DNA of 64,000 bases, from the NCBI GenBank assembly GCA_001244265.2, contig CDLV01000006.1, positions 1,860,001 to 1,924,000 on the forward strand, written 5' to 3'. Each line of letters opens with the position of its first letter. Positions within the stretch are counted from its first letter, which is position 1. The notes below the pieces were generated by a model. That model saw only the letters and a program-made list of their open reading frames with translations. It was not told the DNA's origin and made no database searches. The DNA comes from Microbotryum violaceum (Eukaryota). The position numbers and the translations under genes were made by a program. Shown here piece by piece: positions 1-11,889 of the stretch.

Positions 1-330
1 GCTTCTGGACGAGCGAGGTGAGCTCGCGGATGCGACGTCCCTTCTCGCCGAGGACCTCCTGGGTGTGGGTCGCGCGGATGATGATCTCGGTGCGGGCGTG
101 AGTGACACGGACCTCGCATCCCGAGTAACCCTCGGACGAGAGCGATCGAGTGAAGAACTCGGAGAGCTCGGCGCTGCGGATTGGAAAGAGAGAGGAGTAG
201 CGCGAGCCAAGACGCGGGGTCAGCCACGGCGTCCTGGGGTGTAGTTTCTCGAGGTGGTGGACGCTCGAACTTACTTGAAGACACCGTCAGCCACGAACTT
301 TCTTCGCTTGGAGATGTTGGTCGAGGCCAT
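1..330 (-). CDS. RPS3: 40S ribosomal protein S3 (5' part; runs off the window edge)
   Basis: Manual translation: exon 275-330 gives [22 protein letters not shown] intron 174-274; then [58 protein letters not shown]. Probable 5'UTR intron at 332-1051. Confidence 0.97.
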
Positions 331-2012
331 GCTGTAGTGTGAGGTAAGCGAGAGAGAGAGGCAGCGGAGTGGTCAGCGAACGCGGCCTGCGGAGAGCGCG
401 AGCCCGACTCGAGAGCCAAAGCGGGACAGTGAGCGCAGGCGTGGCCGTGGGCCGTGGGTGTGCGGCGGGCTGGGCTGCGAGCGAGCGTGGAGCGTGGGAG
501 GGGCGAGGGGCGATCGGCGGCTTCGATAGGTCGAATACGTAGTGATGATGGTGCCCGTGATCGAGCCAACGGATCAATGACAACCCCGGCACTCCACAAG
601 TAGCATCTCGCTAGCCATAACAGCGTCATGCTACTGGGTTGGGAGATGCGTCCTGCTGCCTAGTTGGTGCTGATCTGGCATGCCGTCGCGTGGGTGCGTG
701 ACACACCGAGCTACGACACCCCCAGCCCCAGCCCTCATCTTTTACATCCTGTTCTACTGTCCACTTGTGCCCACTGGCCTCCACGAACGTCACCAGCCGT
801 GAGTGGCGGTCGGCGCAGTTCGCCGTCGGGTTCCTCGCCGCGGCGGGGGTCGTCGTTGCCGCCGTCGTCGTCGAGCTCGCGGCGAGCGGGGTGGACGAAA
901 TTCTGCCCGTCGCAAGGGCCAGCCTCGAGCGGGGCGAGTCGTCGAGGTCGTTCGGCGTGGGTCGAGGGGTGTACGCTGATCTCGTCGGATTCGGATGGTT
1001 GTCTCCACAACGGCACTCGGCACGGTAGGGTAGGGCGCAGGCTATACTCACATGTTGTCGATGGGTAGGAGGCTGAGCAAAACTCGAGGCGAGGCGCAGG
1101 CTTGACCCTAGCCTCTCAGCGCTCTCAGCCTCCGCCTTTGCCTTTTTGCCCCGGCGCATTGCCCCCTCCAGCCCAGCCCACCCGCCCAGCACCAACTCGT
1201 CGAGAAGCAAAATTGTTAGCCGCCCCCTCGCGGTCCTTACCGCCAGGCTCAAAACGCAAGAAGTAGCGTTGCAGCAAACTTCATACATCGTTCTGGGAGA
1301 TTTTTGAAAGGGTCCATAAATACATTGAAAATTCTGCTTCACAAGGCTCGTAAAAAGCCTACAATTTTTCGCCTGTATGGTGAGACGCAGGCAAACTTGA
1401 AGCCTTGAAGCGAATCGGCCGCAGGGAGGAAAACTGCAGGATCCTGGTTCGTTCCCGTTTGCTTCCCATCCCTCCACCTCCACGCTCCACGCTGATTCTA
1501 CTCTGGAATCCCCAACTCCTTAATTTCTCTCTCCTCCGCCATGCTCGTACTTCAGTACCCATCTTGAGTTCCCTCTTTCTGCACCACCGCCCTCGAGGTG
1601 CAACAGCCTCTCTTAAAGCCGCCGATGCAGCTGCGAAGCTTTTCCTTCGAGTTTCTTCACGTCAGCCCGTTTTCGATCACAGGCCTCGTCGATTTGTCTG
1701 CTACCGCCAGCACGAACAGATGTATTGCCGATGATACCACAGGATCTGACCACCTCTTCGTGACTGTGACCACTGGGGCACGGGAGGAAACGGCTTTCCC
1801 TTTTCCTCGCGAAGGAGCTCGAGATCGTGAGAGTCGACCCGGAAGGAGGGGGGGACCTTGCGGTCTCGGCTGTTACCACGTGAGCAAATTTTTCATACAT
1901 TTCCTTTCTTCCCAAGCCTTTGTCTCGTGCTCGTCCGGTCTCGATTATATCTACCTGAGCCGCTTTCGACAATCAAGTCCTCTTTGGCTTTTCCCCTTCC
2001 TCTTTTCCAAAC

Positions 2013-2214
2013 ATGATGATACGGAGCTTGGTACTCCTATTCTATAACTGGCACCTCTTATTCTAGGGGTCGGACAGATTCGCCCTTGCCTCCTCTTGTG
2101 GGCCCCTTTTTCTTCTCAAAGCATCCCGTAAGATCTGCTTTGTGGAGAGGGAAGGGTTCTCGAGGAGGCTCGAGTTTGAGCAGCTCCTTCTTCGATGAGT
2201 TCAACTTGTTCTGA
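2013..2214 (+). ncRNA. Candidate intronic box C/D snoRNA, snR48/SNORD60-like guide
   Basis: Box C ATGATGA at 2013-2019. CTGGCACCTCT at 2048-2058 is complementary to the conserved LSU rRNA segment AGAGGUGCCAG (recalled). D'-like CTTA 2057-2060, C'-like TCGATGA 2192-2198, box D CTGA 2211-2214. Lies about 70 nt upstream of a branch site (GCTGAC 2286-2291) and acceptor (AG 2319-2320). Confidence 0.55.
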
Positions 2215-2667
2215 TCCAAACTATACACATACGACTCTCCAATTCCATCACTTTCCGAAACCTACATTGATGACGATGGACTTGTGCTGACTGTTTGGAA
2301 ATCGCTCTGCTTCGTTACAGATCTCGTTTACTCGGCTCGACTCTCATTACGTCTTGGACGGGCGTAACGGAATTGCTCTGAAGCATCTCTGCTCAAAGCT
2401 CCATCTTCGCAATTTGAACATGCACATTTGCTCTTTACACTACGTGACCTCTTTGCATTTTGATCTTGTCCTTCCGGGAAAGCCCATCGTTTTCAGCGTA
2501 GTCGGCAGCTCTGCTCGAATCTCGCAACGAGGACAATCCTCTCCTCACGCCTCATCCTGACCACACCGGATCCAGCTATTGCAAACAAGAAGAGAAACGA
2601 TCTACGTCATCTACGAAGCACGCTCTCTCTCGCTTTCCCCTTATACGGGAAGTTTTGATGTAATGTT

Positions 2668-3404
2668 TTAAGCCTCCTCTCCGTCGTTCAATGCCTCGGA
2701 AGCGAAGAATTTGAGGGTGAAGGTGTCGGGGCTTGTCGAGACGACGCGGAGCCATTCTCGGACTGTGCGAACGTGGAAAGGTGGAGCGATGGCAGAGAGG
2801 GGTCAGTTTCACAGGGACACGATTGCTCAAGGGGGAATCGCGATCTCTCCCAGAAATCCTCTCCAACAAGAGGTCCTCAATGAAAAAGAGATTCCCTGAA
2901 AGTCCAACGTACGCATGTTCTTCTTGAGGAACTTCTTGGTCAAGTACTTGATGTACCTCTTGCTCATCGGGACGGAGCTGGTGATGGCGATCTTGCCCGC
3001 GCCGGCACTTTGGACCGAGATGACGTCGCCGAGTTGACCGGTCTTGCCCTCGTGTTTGATCGAGTTGGTCAGGAATTGCTTGTACGCCTCGGCATCGAAC
3101 TGAGAGAAGAAAGGTGGAAGGGTGATTAAACGGAGAGCGTAGGGGAAAAGGGATGGAGGAGCGACCCCGAGTTCCGATGAGACGAGAACTGACGATCTTG
3201 TTGTCGGCCGGGGCTGCGAAGTCGACGATGAACGTGTGCGAGCTGGTGGCGGTGGCCTTCTTCTTGTTCTGGTGCATATGAGAAACCCAATGGGGAGAGC
3301 GAAGCAAGGCCCGGAAGTCAGAGGAGAGTCAGCATTGTCATACGCGCGTAGGCGAGGAGGTGGTGGTGCTGCACCAAAGGACTGACAGCAGCGATGGGAG
3401 CCAT
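2668..3404 (-). CDS. RPL22: 60S ribosomal protein L22 (eL22), 4 coding exons
   Basis: MAPIAA|NKKKATATSSHTFIVDFAAPADNKI|FDAEAYKQFLTNSIKHEGKTGQLGD...SKRYIKYLTKKFLKKNM|LREWLRVVSTSPDTFTLKFF. Canonical GT-AG introns; probable 5'UTR intron at 3417-3891. Confidence 0.96.
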
Positions 3405-4234
3405 TTTTGAGTAGAACTGCGGGCACGTAGAAAGAACAGATCAGCCCAACTGTCCCTGCGACTTGAAGATGGTCGATCCATTGTTGGTTTTAGCAGCTGT
3501 CCCTCCCAGCGGACCATGACCACGAGCGGCGACGATCGCGCGAAAAAAAGCCACCACGCCGCGACGAGCCACGGTAGGTGCGATCGGATCAGGGCCCGGG
3601 ACGAGGCTGGGGGCGGGGGTGCAGTGATGGGGTGTGCAAGTAGCCACGAACGAGTGCATGCAGCGACGTACGTTTTGAACAGGGACGACGATCAGGACGC
3701 AACCTCCCTTCTCCACGCTCGTGTGCCACTTTGATCCTCCCTGGCCCCGGGCCATTTCCTCCGCGCCGCGAAGTCGCTCGTGCGCCGCGTCGCCTCAGCC
3801 AAAGCGCCGGCGCGCCACTTGAACTGCAGTGGGGCGAGATATAACTAAGCTCTGCCCGGCAAGAATTTTCTGGTGTTGTTGCTCTACTCACGAAACAAGT
3901 AGCTTATCTTCTTCTTTTCATCCTGGAGACATGAGAAAAGAGTACCCGCGACGTGACTGAATGCTGCACAAACTTGCTGCAGTGGCGGGTCACGGGCGTA
4001 CGTACGTGCGTGTCCGTGCGCAAGCGCGGGTAGTTGCGCTCCGGCCCGGTGCATATTGCTTCCTCTGCACATCCTTCTCTCGGGCTCCTAGGGGGCCACT
4101 CAAGCCGCCAAGTGTCGACCCGCTGCCGGACCATCGCGCTCTTGAGCAATTGGTCGTGGCACTCACCCACAACATACGCATCCATCACCTGCCTGAGCGC
4201 CACCACCATCACCACCACTCCAAGACGGGCGCTG

Positions 4235-5362
4235 ATGGCTCTGAGCTCCACTTCGGCCTTGGCCTTGATGAAGCCGAAGGGGAAAGCGCTCGTCGGCGCG
4301 ATCGCCCTCGGTTCGCTCGTGTTCCATCTCGTACTGTCGTCCAAGCTCGGCTGGGTCTCGTCCCATCTGGCGAGTGATCGCGAGGAAGAAGACTGGAGGA
4401 GGCTCGAAGGCATCCGTGCCGTGGTCGGGGTCGGGAGAGCCGTGTCGCTCGCTTCCGGCGCGGTCGCCGCGCTCGGGCTCTACGGCATCGTCAAGGACCA
4501 TCTCCCTTTCCTACGCCTCTTTACGCTCAACTCGTTCATCTCGCTCGGTGGAGAACTCGGTCTGCTGCTGGTCATCGTCTTTCTCGCGTCGTTGTCCTCG
4601 TCGAGCTCGGTCACGTCGTCCATGTGCGCGTCCGTCTCCAACTCGGACATCTCGCTCGAACTCTTTGGCTGGTCCCAAGAGACATGCGAGGAGCGCTTTA
4701 GCTCGTTGCTGCTCACCTTCCTCGGGTTCGCCGCGACCGTCTCGTTGCTTCGAGCGTGGTGCTCGGTCCAGGTGCTCGGGTACTACACCAACCTGTCCAA
4801 ACGACTGCAGCGTCGACCCCACCTCTCGATCAACGTCCGAAGTGCGACGGCGTCCAACGCGGGCGGCTACTACGATCGAGAACCCGATTCGGCCGGAGGC
4901 GGATATGCAGGATCTTTGTCGTCCAAACGTCAACGCATCTTTCTCCTACCTCAACCGATCGATCGACAACGTGATGGCTTGGGTGTCAATGTCCCCTTGC
5001 TGTCCTTCACCTCCAGTACACCGGATACAACCTCGTTCCCTCCGACAAGCTTCCCTCCTACGACGGGGCACACGACTCTTACCCCGATTGAAGAGACGCC
5101 CAAGTATCTCGTGTACGCGCCAGTGATGATGACGGCCGAAGAAGCACGCACCATTGGAGCTCGTGAGCTCGTGCTTGGTAGTGGGAATTGGCGGACGAAA
5201 TCTCGTTCGAATCCGAACAACAACCATTCAGTGTCGACACCGCTGAGTGCGCACCCCGTCTCTGGTCTCGATTCGCCAACACCGACGCCGACGGCTTACA
5301 TTCCCTCTTTACTGTTGCCGACAACGGACGAAGCTCCGAACGTGAAAGGCAAAGTAGCCTGA
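4235..5362 (+). CDS. Uncharacterised membrane protein with about 4 TM helices (tetraspanin-like topology) and a Ser/Pro/Thr-rich tail
   Basis: Intronless ORF from MALSSTSALALM; four hydrophobic segments with two Cys in the loop between TM3 and TM4; low-complexity C-terminus. Confidence 0.7.
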   Translation: MALSSTSALALMKPKGKALVGAIALGSLVFHLVLSSKLGWVSSHLASDREEEDWRRLEGIRAVVGVGRAVSLASGAVAALGLYGIVKDHLPFLRLFTLNSFISLGGELGLLLVIVFLASLSSSSSVTSSMCASVSNSDISLELFGWSQETCEERFSSLLLTFLGFAATVSLLRAWCSVQVLGYYTNLSKRLQRRPHLSINVRSATASNAGGYYDREPDSAGGGYAGSLSSKRQRIFLLPQPIDRQRDGLGVNVPLLSFTSSTPDTTSFPPTSFPPTTGHTTLTPIEETPKYLVYAPVMMTAEEARTIGARELVLGSGNWRTKSRSNPNNNHSVSTPLSAHPVSGLDSPTPTPTAYIPSLLLPTTDEAPNVKGKVA

Positions 5363-5838
5363 GTCGTAGGATTTCCAAGAGGTAGAGGTGGGTGGCCGGT
5401 CTCTCTCGCTTTTAGTGGGGTCCGATTCTTCCATCAATCTTAGCATGCCATCATTTCGTAGTGTCCCCGTCATGTCGTCTTCATGTCTGTTCTTTGTTCC
5501 ATTAAGTCTTCTGTCAACCCTTGCCGCGTATCCACATCTCTCTGTCTTCATTGACAATCGATGAACCACCAATCAGTACTTGAAACCCAGTTCGTCAGTC
5601 TATTATTCGATCGACGTATAGGAACTTTATACGAAGTAACAATTTTGTTACTTGTGAGCTTCGTTAGCTTCACTCGAGGTCCAACGCCTGAAATTTTCGG
5701 CTCTTTCTGTGTAGACCAGTCGGAATTAATTCTCATTCCCATTCGACATCTTCGGCCCGGCGCCGAGGGTAAGCGATAACTCGTGGAGCTCGACTCTTTC
5801 TACTCTTGACCGTATACTCCCTGGATAAAAGTAGCGCC

Positions 5839-6757
5839 ATGGCACCACCTGCACCTTATCAGATCTTTCTGTGCGAGACGCCAGAGGAAGAGAAGCGATG
5901 CTTGGATATCAGGATGTACGTCACTTGCTCGAAATAGTCGTCGAGACGGGGTTACACTGCAGCCGAAGCTCGCGGCGGTCCATTGACGAAACGATCGAGC
6001 TGATCGCTGACCTTTTGCTATGCATTCACCACCGCCGAGCAGAGAAGTCTTCATCGACGAACAAGGCTTCTCAATGGAAGATGAACTGGACGCAAAAGAC
6101 CCCGGATCGGATCACCTCATCTTGGTCGATACGGAGACGGAGCAAGACATCGGGACGATCCGTTGGTATCCCCCGATGGGGAAATTGGGTCGGCTGGCGG
6201 TGAGGAAGAACTATAGGGGGATTGGGGCTGGTCAGTTGAAAGCTTTCGACGTAGGGGAATGAATTTGATGTGGGGTAACCGACTGAGAGGGTCCTGTGTG
6301 GGCAGGTAAATGGCTCGTCGAAGCCTTGGAAGATCATTTACGATCGAGGAGGGGTAAAGGCGGGATCGCGAACGAGGATAAAAGCAAGGTTTTGATTGTA
6401 GCAAATGCTCAGATCTATGCCGATAAGTTTTATATCAAGGTAAGTGGTACACTCGCCATAGGAGCCGGCGAGAATACTGTTGTTGTAGCTGGTTCGAAGA
6501 TGCAAAATCTGATCTGTGGGGAATCAGATGTGGGCTCACTTTGCTGAGGTGGGGATGAGTTTACGTGCAGTGCGGATACGAGGCGGAAGGAGTTCCATTC
6601 CAAGAGGTGAGATCTCTGGAACATATTGTGGAAGATACGATCGAGGATGCTGACGGGGTAATCTATTATCTCGGTCGACGTCGTTGGTCACGCTTTTGAT
6701 TTGTTTTCACAGGACGGTGCACCGCATTTGAGGATGGTCAAGACGTTGAAGATCTAA
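5839..6757 (+). CDS. GNAT-family acetyltransferase (YjcF/ElaA-like), multi-exon
   Basis: Spliced motifs IREVFIDEQGFSMEDELD, KLGRLAVRKNYRGIGAG, NAQIYADKFY, CGYEAEGVPFQE|DGAPHLRM; acetyl-CoA binding motif RGxGxG. Confidence 0.9.
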
Positions 6758-6993
6758 TGTAATATCATAGAGTATTTTATTGCGATTCGCACCGGGTTCA
6801 GACTCGTAGTTCTTCGCGCATTGGGCCGAACTTACAAAGTGACATCCCCGAAAATTAAATCACACGAAAGCCGAGTGCGCGTGCCAGACCGACGCTCCGG
6901 GACCGCGTCCCTCCTCTGGCTTCCGCGAACATCGATCTCGCCACGTGCTATTCCCGCAGGTGGTGCACACTCCCATCCGCACGCGGTCCAAAA

Positions 6994-9900
6994 ATGGGCT
7001 TCTGTCAACGATGTGGCGAAGTCACGGTCACCCCTCGATGCAAATGCGGTGGAACTGCTAAAGGTAAGATCAGCGAACCAGTCCGGGACTGAGACTGATG
7101 CGACCGCGACGAACTCGGCGACGATGCGATGTCGATCGCTCGCTCAACATCGCCGAGCATCGACGGGACGGACTGCTGAATCCGTATCCGTCACTAATCA
7201 CTGACAAGGGTCGTCTGCGATCAACAGAGACTTCGACGCAACTCCTTTTCAGAGGAGCGTCGGGGGATAAGTGGAGCCAGAGGTGAGTGACTGATCGTGT
7301 GCTCAAGCTAGGAGTCTGAGCTCGCACCTACCGCCCGTTGTGGCCTGTTGTGGCCTGTTGTGGCCTGATTGCGACGTCATGGACTCATCGTGGCTCGAGC
7401 GGAGGTGGAGGCAGTCGAGCCTGCGCATCATTAGCCTGGACGTAGAGCTGATCCACACAGCCTTTCTTGTGCTTTAGATATGTGGCCAAGGCCACCAGCC
7501 CCTCAGCGGCATCCCTCTTCGCGCCAGCGCCAATCTCGTCGGCGGCGGCGACAACCTCGTCAGCCTCAAAGCTGGGCCCCACCTCGACGAGTTCTCCGAG
7601 TGCCACCCCTCACGGCGGAGCTCACCTTCCAGCATCTACCACCTCCGGTACGCCCGTTCGACCACCGATCAAAAGAAATCCTACTACTTTTGAGAATCAC
7701 GAATTGTCGAGTGTTTTCGGGAGCGTGCTCAGCCCTAAGGATCAGTGGGAGTGCGCCGCGTGCCAACATCGCTTCGTCCAGGTTCGTCTCAACGGGTGCT
7801 TGCGTGGGTGCTCCTGTCTTGGGGTCCTCGGGTCAGCCCAGAACTCATGAGGGGCCCTCTCTAACGCCGTATCGGGTATCATGTTGTGTTGTCCAGGAAG
7901 AGGTCATCTACCCCCACCCCAACGCCAAGGTGGACGCGCAGCTCTCCGAGCTCTACTTTTGCCGCGAATGTTTCGCCGAAAGATTCAGCAAAGGCACTTG
8001 GTTCGTTCTCAATTTTCGAAAAGGATGTGCTGTTGACTTCTTCTTCCACCTGCTGACCCAAAGTCATTATTGTATCTCTATCATAGCAAGAAGTGCAAGT
8101 GTGCGGTCCTGTCAGATGCTCCGTTCATCAGGCATGATGACCGACTATGGCACGAAGTGAGCAACAGAGTTGTCGCTTTCGATCATTGAGGCTGACGAGT
8201 GCACTTTCCTGTAGTCGTGCTACACCTGCTCCTATTGCTCGGTTAGCTTTTCAACTGCCGTGAGAATCCGGTTCGTGCACCGAAACTGACTCAATCGGGT
8301 GCTGCACCGAATTGTCCATCTCAGGATCCGCAAACCGGTCCAGTCATCGACTTCGCAGGAAACCCAAGCTGTGAGGCCTGCTTCGATAGCGAAGCGTACA
8401 AGACGAAAGGTGTTCCACCGTCCCCCCATTTAGCCCAAAAAGGGTTCGACATGGGTCCAGTCAAGGCGAATTTGCGACCTGCGCCGAGCAAATGGGGCGG
8501 CTCGAAAGCGAAACTCAACCTCTCTCCGGCAGTGAAGCCGACAACTCAGACGAGATATGGTCAGGATCACAGCAACACCCCCGCAGGGAATAGGAACCGT
8601 GCTCTGTTGGCGGGAAACGATCGAGCGGTTCCGGGTTGGCGACTTCGGAATGAAAGGGAGAAGAGCCCGATCGTAGCATCTTTGGACGAAATGGGCAACA
8701 CGTTTCGGCGACTGGGGTTGGAGCGGAGCGAATCGCCTCTTGCGTCGTCGAAGCGGACCGATATCGCTGCACAGTCGACACCAGTGTCTTTGCCGGCCTC
8801 TTCAACGTACGGCCGCGACGTGACTGGCACCCCCGCGGTTGGGAACACCACATCGCGCACCGCCCCTGTTTGGAGCCAGGTGCCGCCCATGACCAAATCT
8901 ATCCAAGCGAAGGAGGGATCCTCGGCAACAGAATTGACACATTGTTCGGTGTGCGATCTCGTACTCGGATATGGGGAGTTTGTACAGCTTCAAGGAAAAG
9001 CTAGTGTCATGCACAAAGCGTGCTTCCTCTGCGGTGGGTGTCGCAAACCTCTCGATCAGGGAAGACATGTTGAGGCGGAGGGTCATATTTGGCATCGAGA
9101 CGTAAGAAGCGCAGGGAGGATCCCACATGCGTTCTTCGCCGTGAAATGCTGAACCGTATTGCAACCCGACAGTGCGCTCCACCTCCCAAAATGTTTCGAA
9201 CCATCGAAACCTCTCTCGCCGAACCGCAGCTAGGCCAGCCGCGCAAGCCATACGTACCCACAAGCCCCGTACAGGACCCGTGCTGCCGAAGTTGTCGGCT
9301 CGTACTCGGCCTTGGATACAACATCAGCACGTCGGGGGGTACCGTGAACTACTGTGCTCAATGCTTCAAGTGCGCAGCATGCTCGCAACCCTTTGGAAGG
9401 GTCCCTAGTCATCGATCGTTCATTGAAGTAGCAGGCGTGCCGTACCATACCAGAGTGCGTCGAATAATCCGTCTCTCGTCTTATGTGTGCTTACATCTGC
9501 TACTACTCTTTCCTTCTAGTGCGCGCCTCCTCCATCCCCCCAAAGGGCCGAAGAGAACCCATCGACCCCTCTTCGAGCCTCGACATCACGGGCTCCATCC
9601 TCGTTACCTCTGGCGCCTTCGCAAACCAAGATCTTCCACACTCCACCCAGCATCAATTCGGCAGAGAAACCTAGATCCATCTTTGCGACGCGCGAGCGCC
9701 CTCCCGAAAACCTCGGTGGACTGCTCGTGTGTGCGGGCTGCAGTGTTCGAGCGACGGAGCGCGAGACCAAGTCGGGGCCTTTGGGTAAGAGATATCACCC
9801 ACGCTGTCTCAAGTGTGGATTGTGCAGTCGTACGGTAGACTCGGAGAGTCGGATCGGTGCGAATGGAGAGCTACGGTGCGAAAGTTGTAGGGTAAGTCAG

Positions 9901-10044
9901 GCCAGGGGAGGGGAAAACCTTGATTGAGAAGTTTCTGACGCGACGTTGCGCATTCAACAGAAAATCGAGGCAAGACGATCGACCAATCCTCGGTCAAGCT
10001 TTATACATGTACCCTCTGTAGATGCGACACCACCGAGATACTAG
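6994..10044 (+). CDS. Multi-LIM zinc-finger protein
   Basis: Starts MGFCQRCGEVTVTPRCKCGG. Several LIM-type C-x2-C...H-x2-C-x2-C-x2-C arrays (CSVC...HKACFLCGGC; CAGC...HPRCLKCGLC...CESC) joined by GT-AG introns. Confidence 0.85.
7337..7366. repeat. Short tandem repeat (GTTGTGGCCT) x3 in an intron of the LIM gene
   Basis: Read directly from the sequence. Confidence 0.85.
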
Positions 10045-11889
10045 TCACTGTACATCGATTTGAGCCGACCGGAGGACCGATGGTCTCGGCGCAGCTTGCG
10101 TCCTCTTCAGTACGAACCAGGGGACAGCTCCAGATGTCTCGATAGCCAGGGGTGTAGCTGAATGTGCAGACAGCGTTGATACACATTGGTATTATAAGTG
10201 CTAAGAATATGTCTGATCCTGCACCTAGTGCGGCGACCGATCACTTGGGATCCAAGTGAGAGCCGAAGATCTCGAGGCAAGTTCGGCTCGAATCGCGACG
10301 ACTGCAAAGGCAGGGAGGGTAACGTATGCCCGTTCAGAGTTCAAGGATGCGACTCGTAGGTAGGGCAACCATCTACTCAGGCACTGTACGTTCTGAAACC
10401 GCTGGTCACTGGAGCTCGATGTACACTCGCGCCGCCACAAGGTCCGCTCGGCATTCCAGTACGGTAATGACAGACTCTGTCTACCCAAATAATGAGAAAA
10501 CAAAGAACGGAGCCACTGTGCAACGCGGCCTGATGCGTGCACGTGAGGAAAAGGAAAAGGAAGCAAACACCATGAACATCAACAACACATCCCCACTTCT
10601 TCTCCATCCTCGAAGCCGGACGCATCCACCTCGTGATCCTCTTCGATAATGCCGTGGCTCGTCCCACCCTGAAGGCCCGCATCCTCACTTCGAGAGACAA
10701 CGGGAACGGCGTCCGGTGCTCGCCCCAAGTCTGTCCCACCACTTTCCAAACGAGACGCTCCGACGGGCAAACCGATCGCATGACTGAAGGGGACATGTGC
10801 GCATGCAGCTTGAGGAAACGCAAGGTGCCAACCGGGGTTTGGGATCGGATGCGGCCGTTGTGGGGCCATGTACCGGCTGAGGGAGAGTATAGTGGTATGT
10901 TTGTGGGTGTCAAGATGGACCTATATGGCTCCCGGGGCGTTCGTATTACTCTCTGCTTACGGGGAACTCTTTGATCTACGACTGAGAGCCGTGTCCCTCT
11001 CCAAGTCATAATCGGGGAGGCTCCCCCGCCGAGCGCTCGATGTAGTGCAGTGTAGACTCTTCTTCTATGTAAGATGTAGATTTCTGTGCGAAGGCGGTGC
11101 AGATTGTATTGCGCGATTAAACGGCTCATCTAACTAAGCCACCGTCAACTGTTTCTTGGGTGCGGGCTCGTAGACATGATTGGCACGAAGTATGTTGCAA
11201 AGTCGTGCACGGTCGAATCGTGGTGGGAGGAAGAGGGCCTAGATCAATGCGGGCTCAGCCCGAGCAAGGCCCTGCGCCCTGGGCGGCCGCGGCCGCGTCC
11301 GTTGTCATTTATTTAGCGAGACCATTGCCCTCCGCTTGAGGGTAGATGATGAAGGCGGTCTCACCGCTTCATTAACGAATCCAAATTCCGATGTTTGTCG
11401 GGCAGGTCCCACCTTGACACATATCTACGTGCGCTGAGTAAAAGTGGCACCGACCCGAGCAGCATCTAGGTACTCGCCTAGAAGTGGACTCTTAGCGATT
11501 TGCCCCACCTTGCCGATGAGTACGATGAGTGGTGAGAACAGCTTCGGTACCGCTGGCATAATCGAAGCACTCTACCACGTGTACCACTTCGCATGACCCG
11601 AGGTTGTATCGGCGTAGCTAGTGCGCATGCAGGTGGTAATGGAAGCGAAAAATTCCACCTACTTAGCTCGCCCAATGGGAGATGGCTCCCACTCGATCGA
11701 GCTAGGTAATACATGTTTCGTTCGACGTTACAGCAGGAGAGATGGTACACGAAAAGAGAAAATAAATCGAGCCTGACTTCTGCTCGAAACCTTGGAGCAC
11801 CGAGGACCGTTCATTTCGAGGTCATTGAGCATGGCAAGCGCTGTTCTCTGTGTACACTGTATGCTATTTAAGTCCACAGCGAGGTTCCA

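Noticed and set aside
626-1483. 285-aa ORF and overlapping ORFs upstream of RPS3
   Set aside because: They span the probable RPS3 promoter and leader intron; GC-rich chance ORFs with no domain.
1730-1749. GATGATACCACAGGATCTGA as a second C/D snoRNA
   Set aside because: Only about 8 nt of possible rRNA complementarity and no complete box set identified.
2668-3404. RPL22 as a mating-type locus marker, as in Cryptococcus
   Set aside because: No homeodomain, STE3, STE20 or pheromone genes in the window.
10326-11129. 250-aa minus-strand ORF and overlapping short ORFs
   Set aside because: No recognisable motif, splice structure or repeat boundaries; left unannotated.
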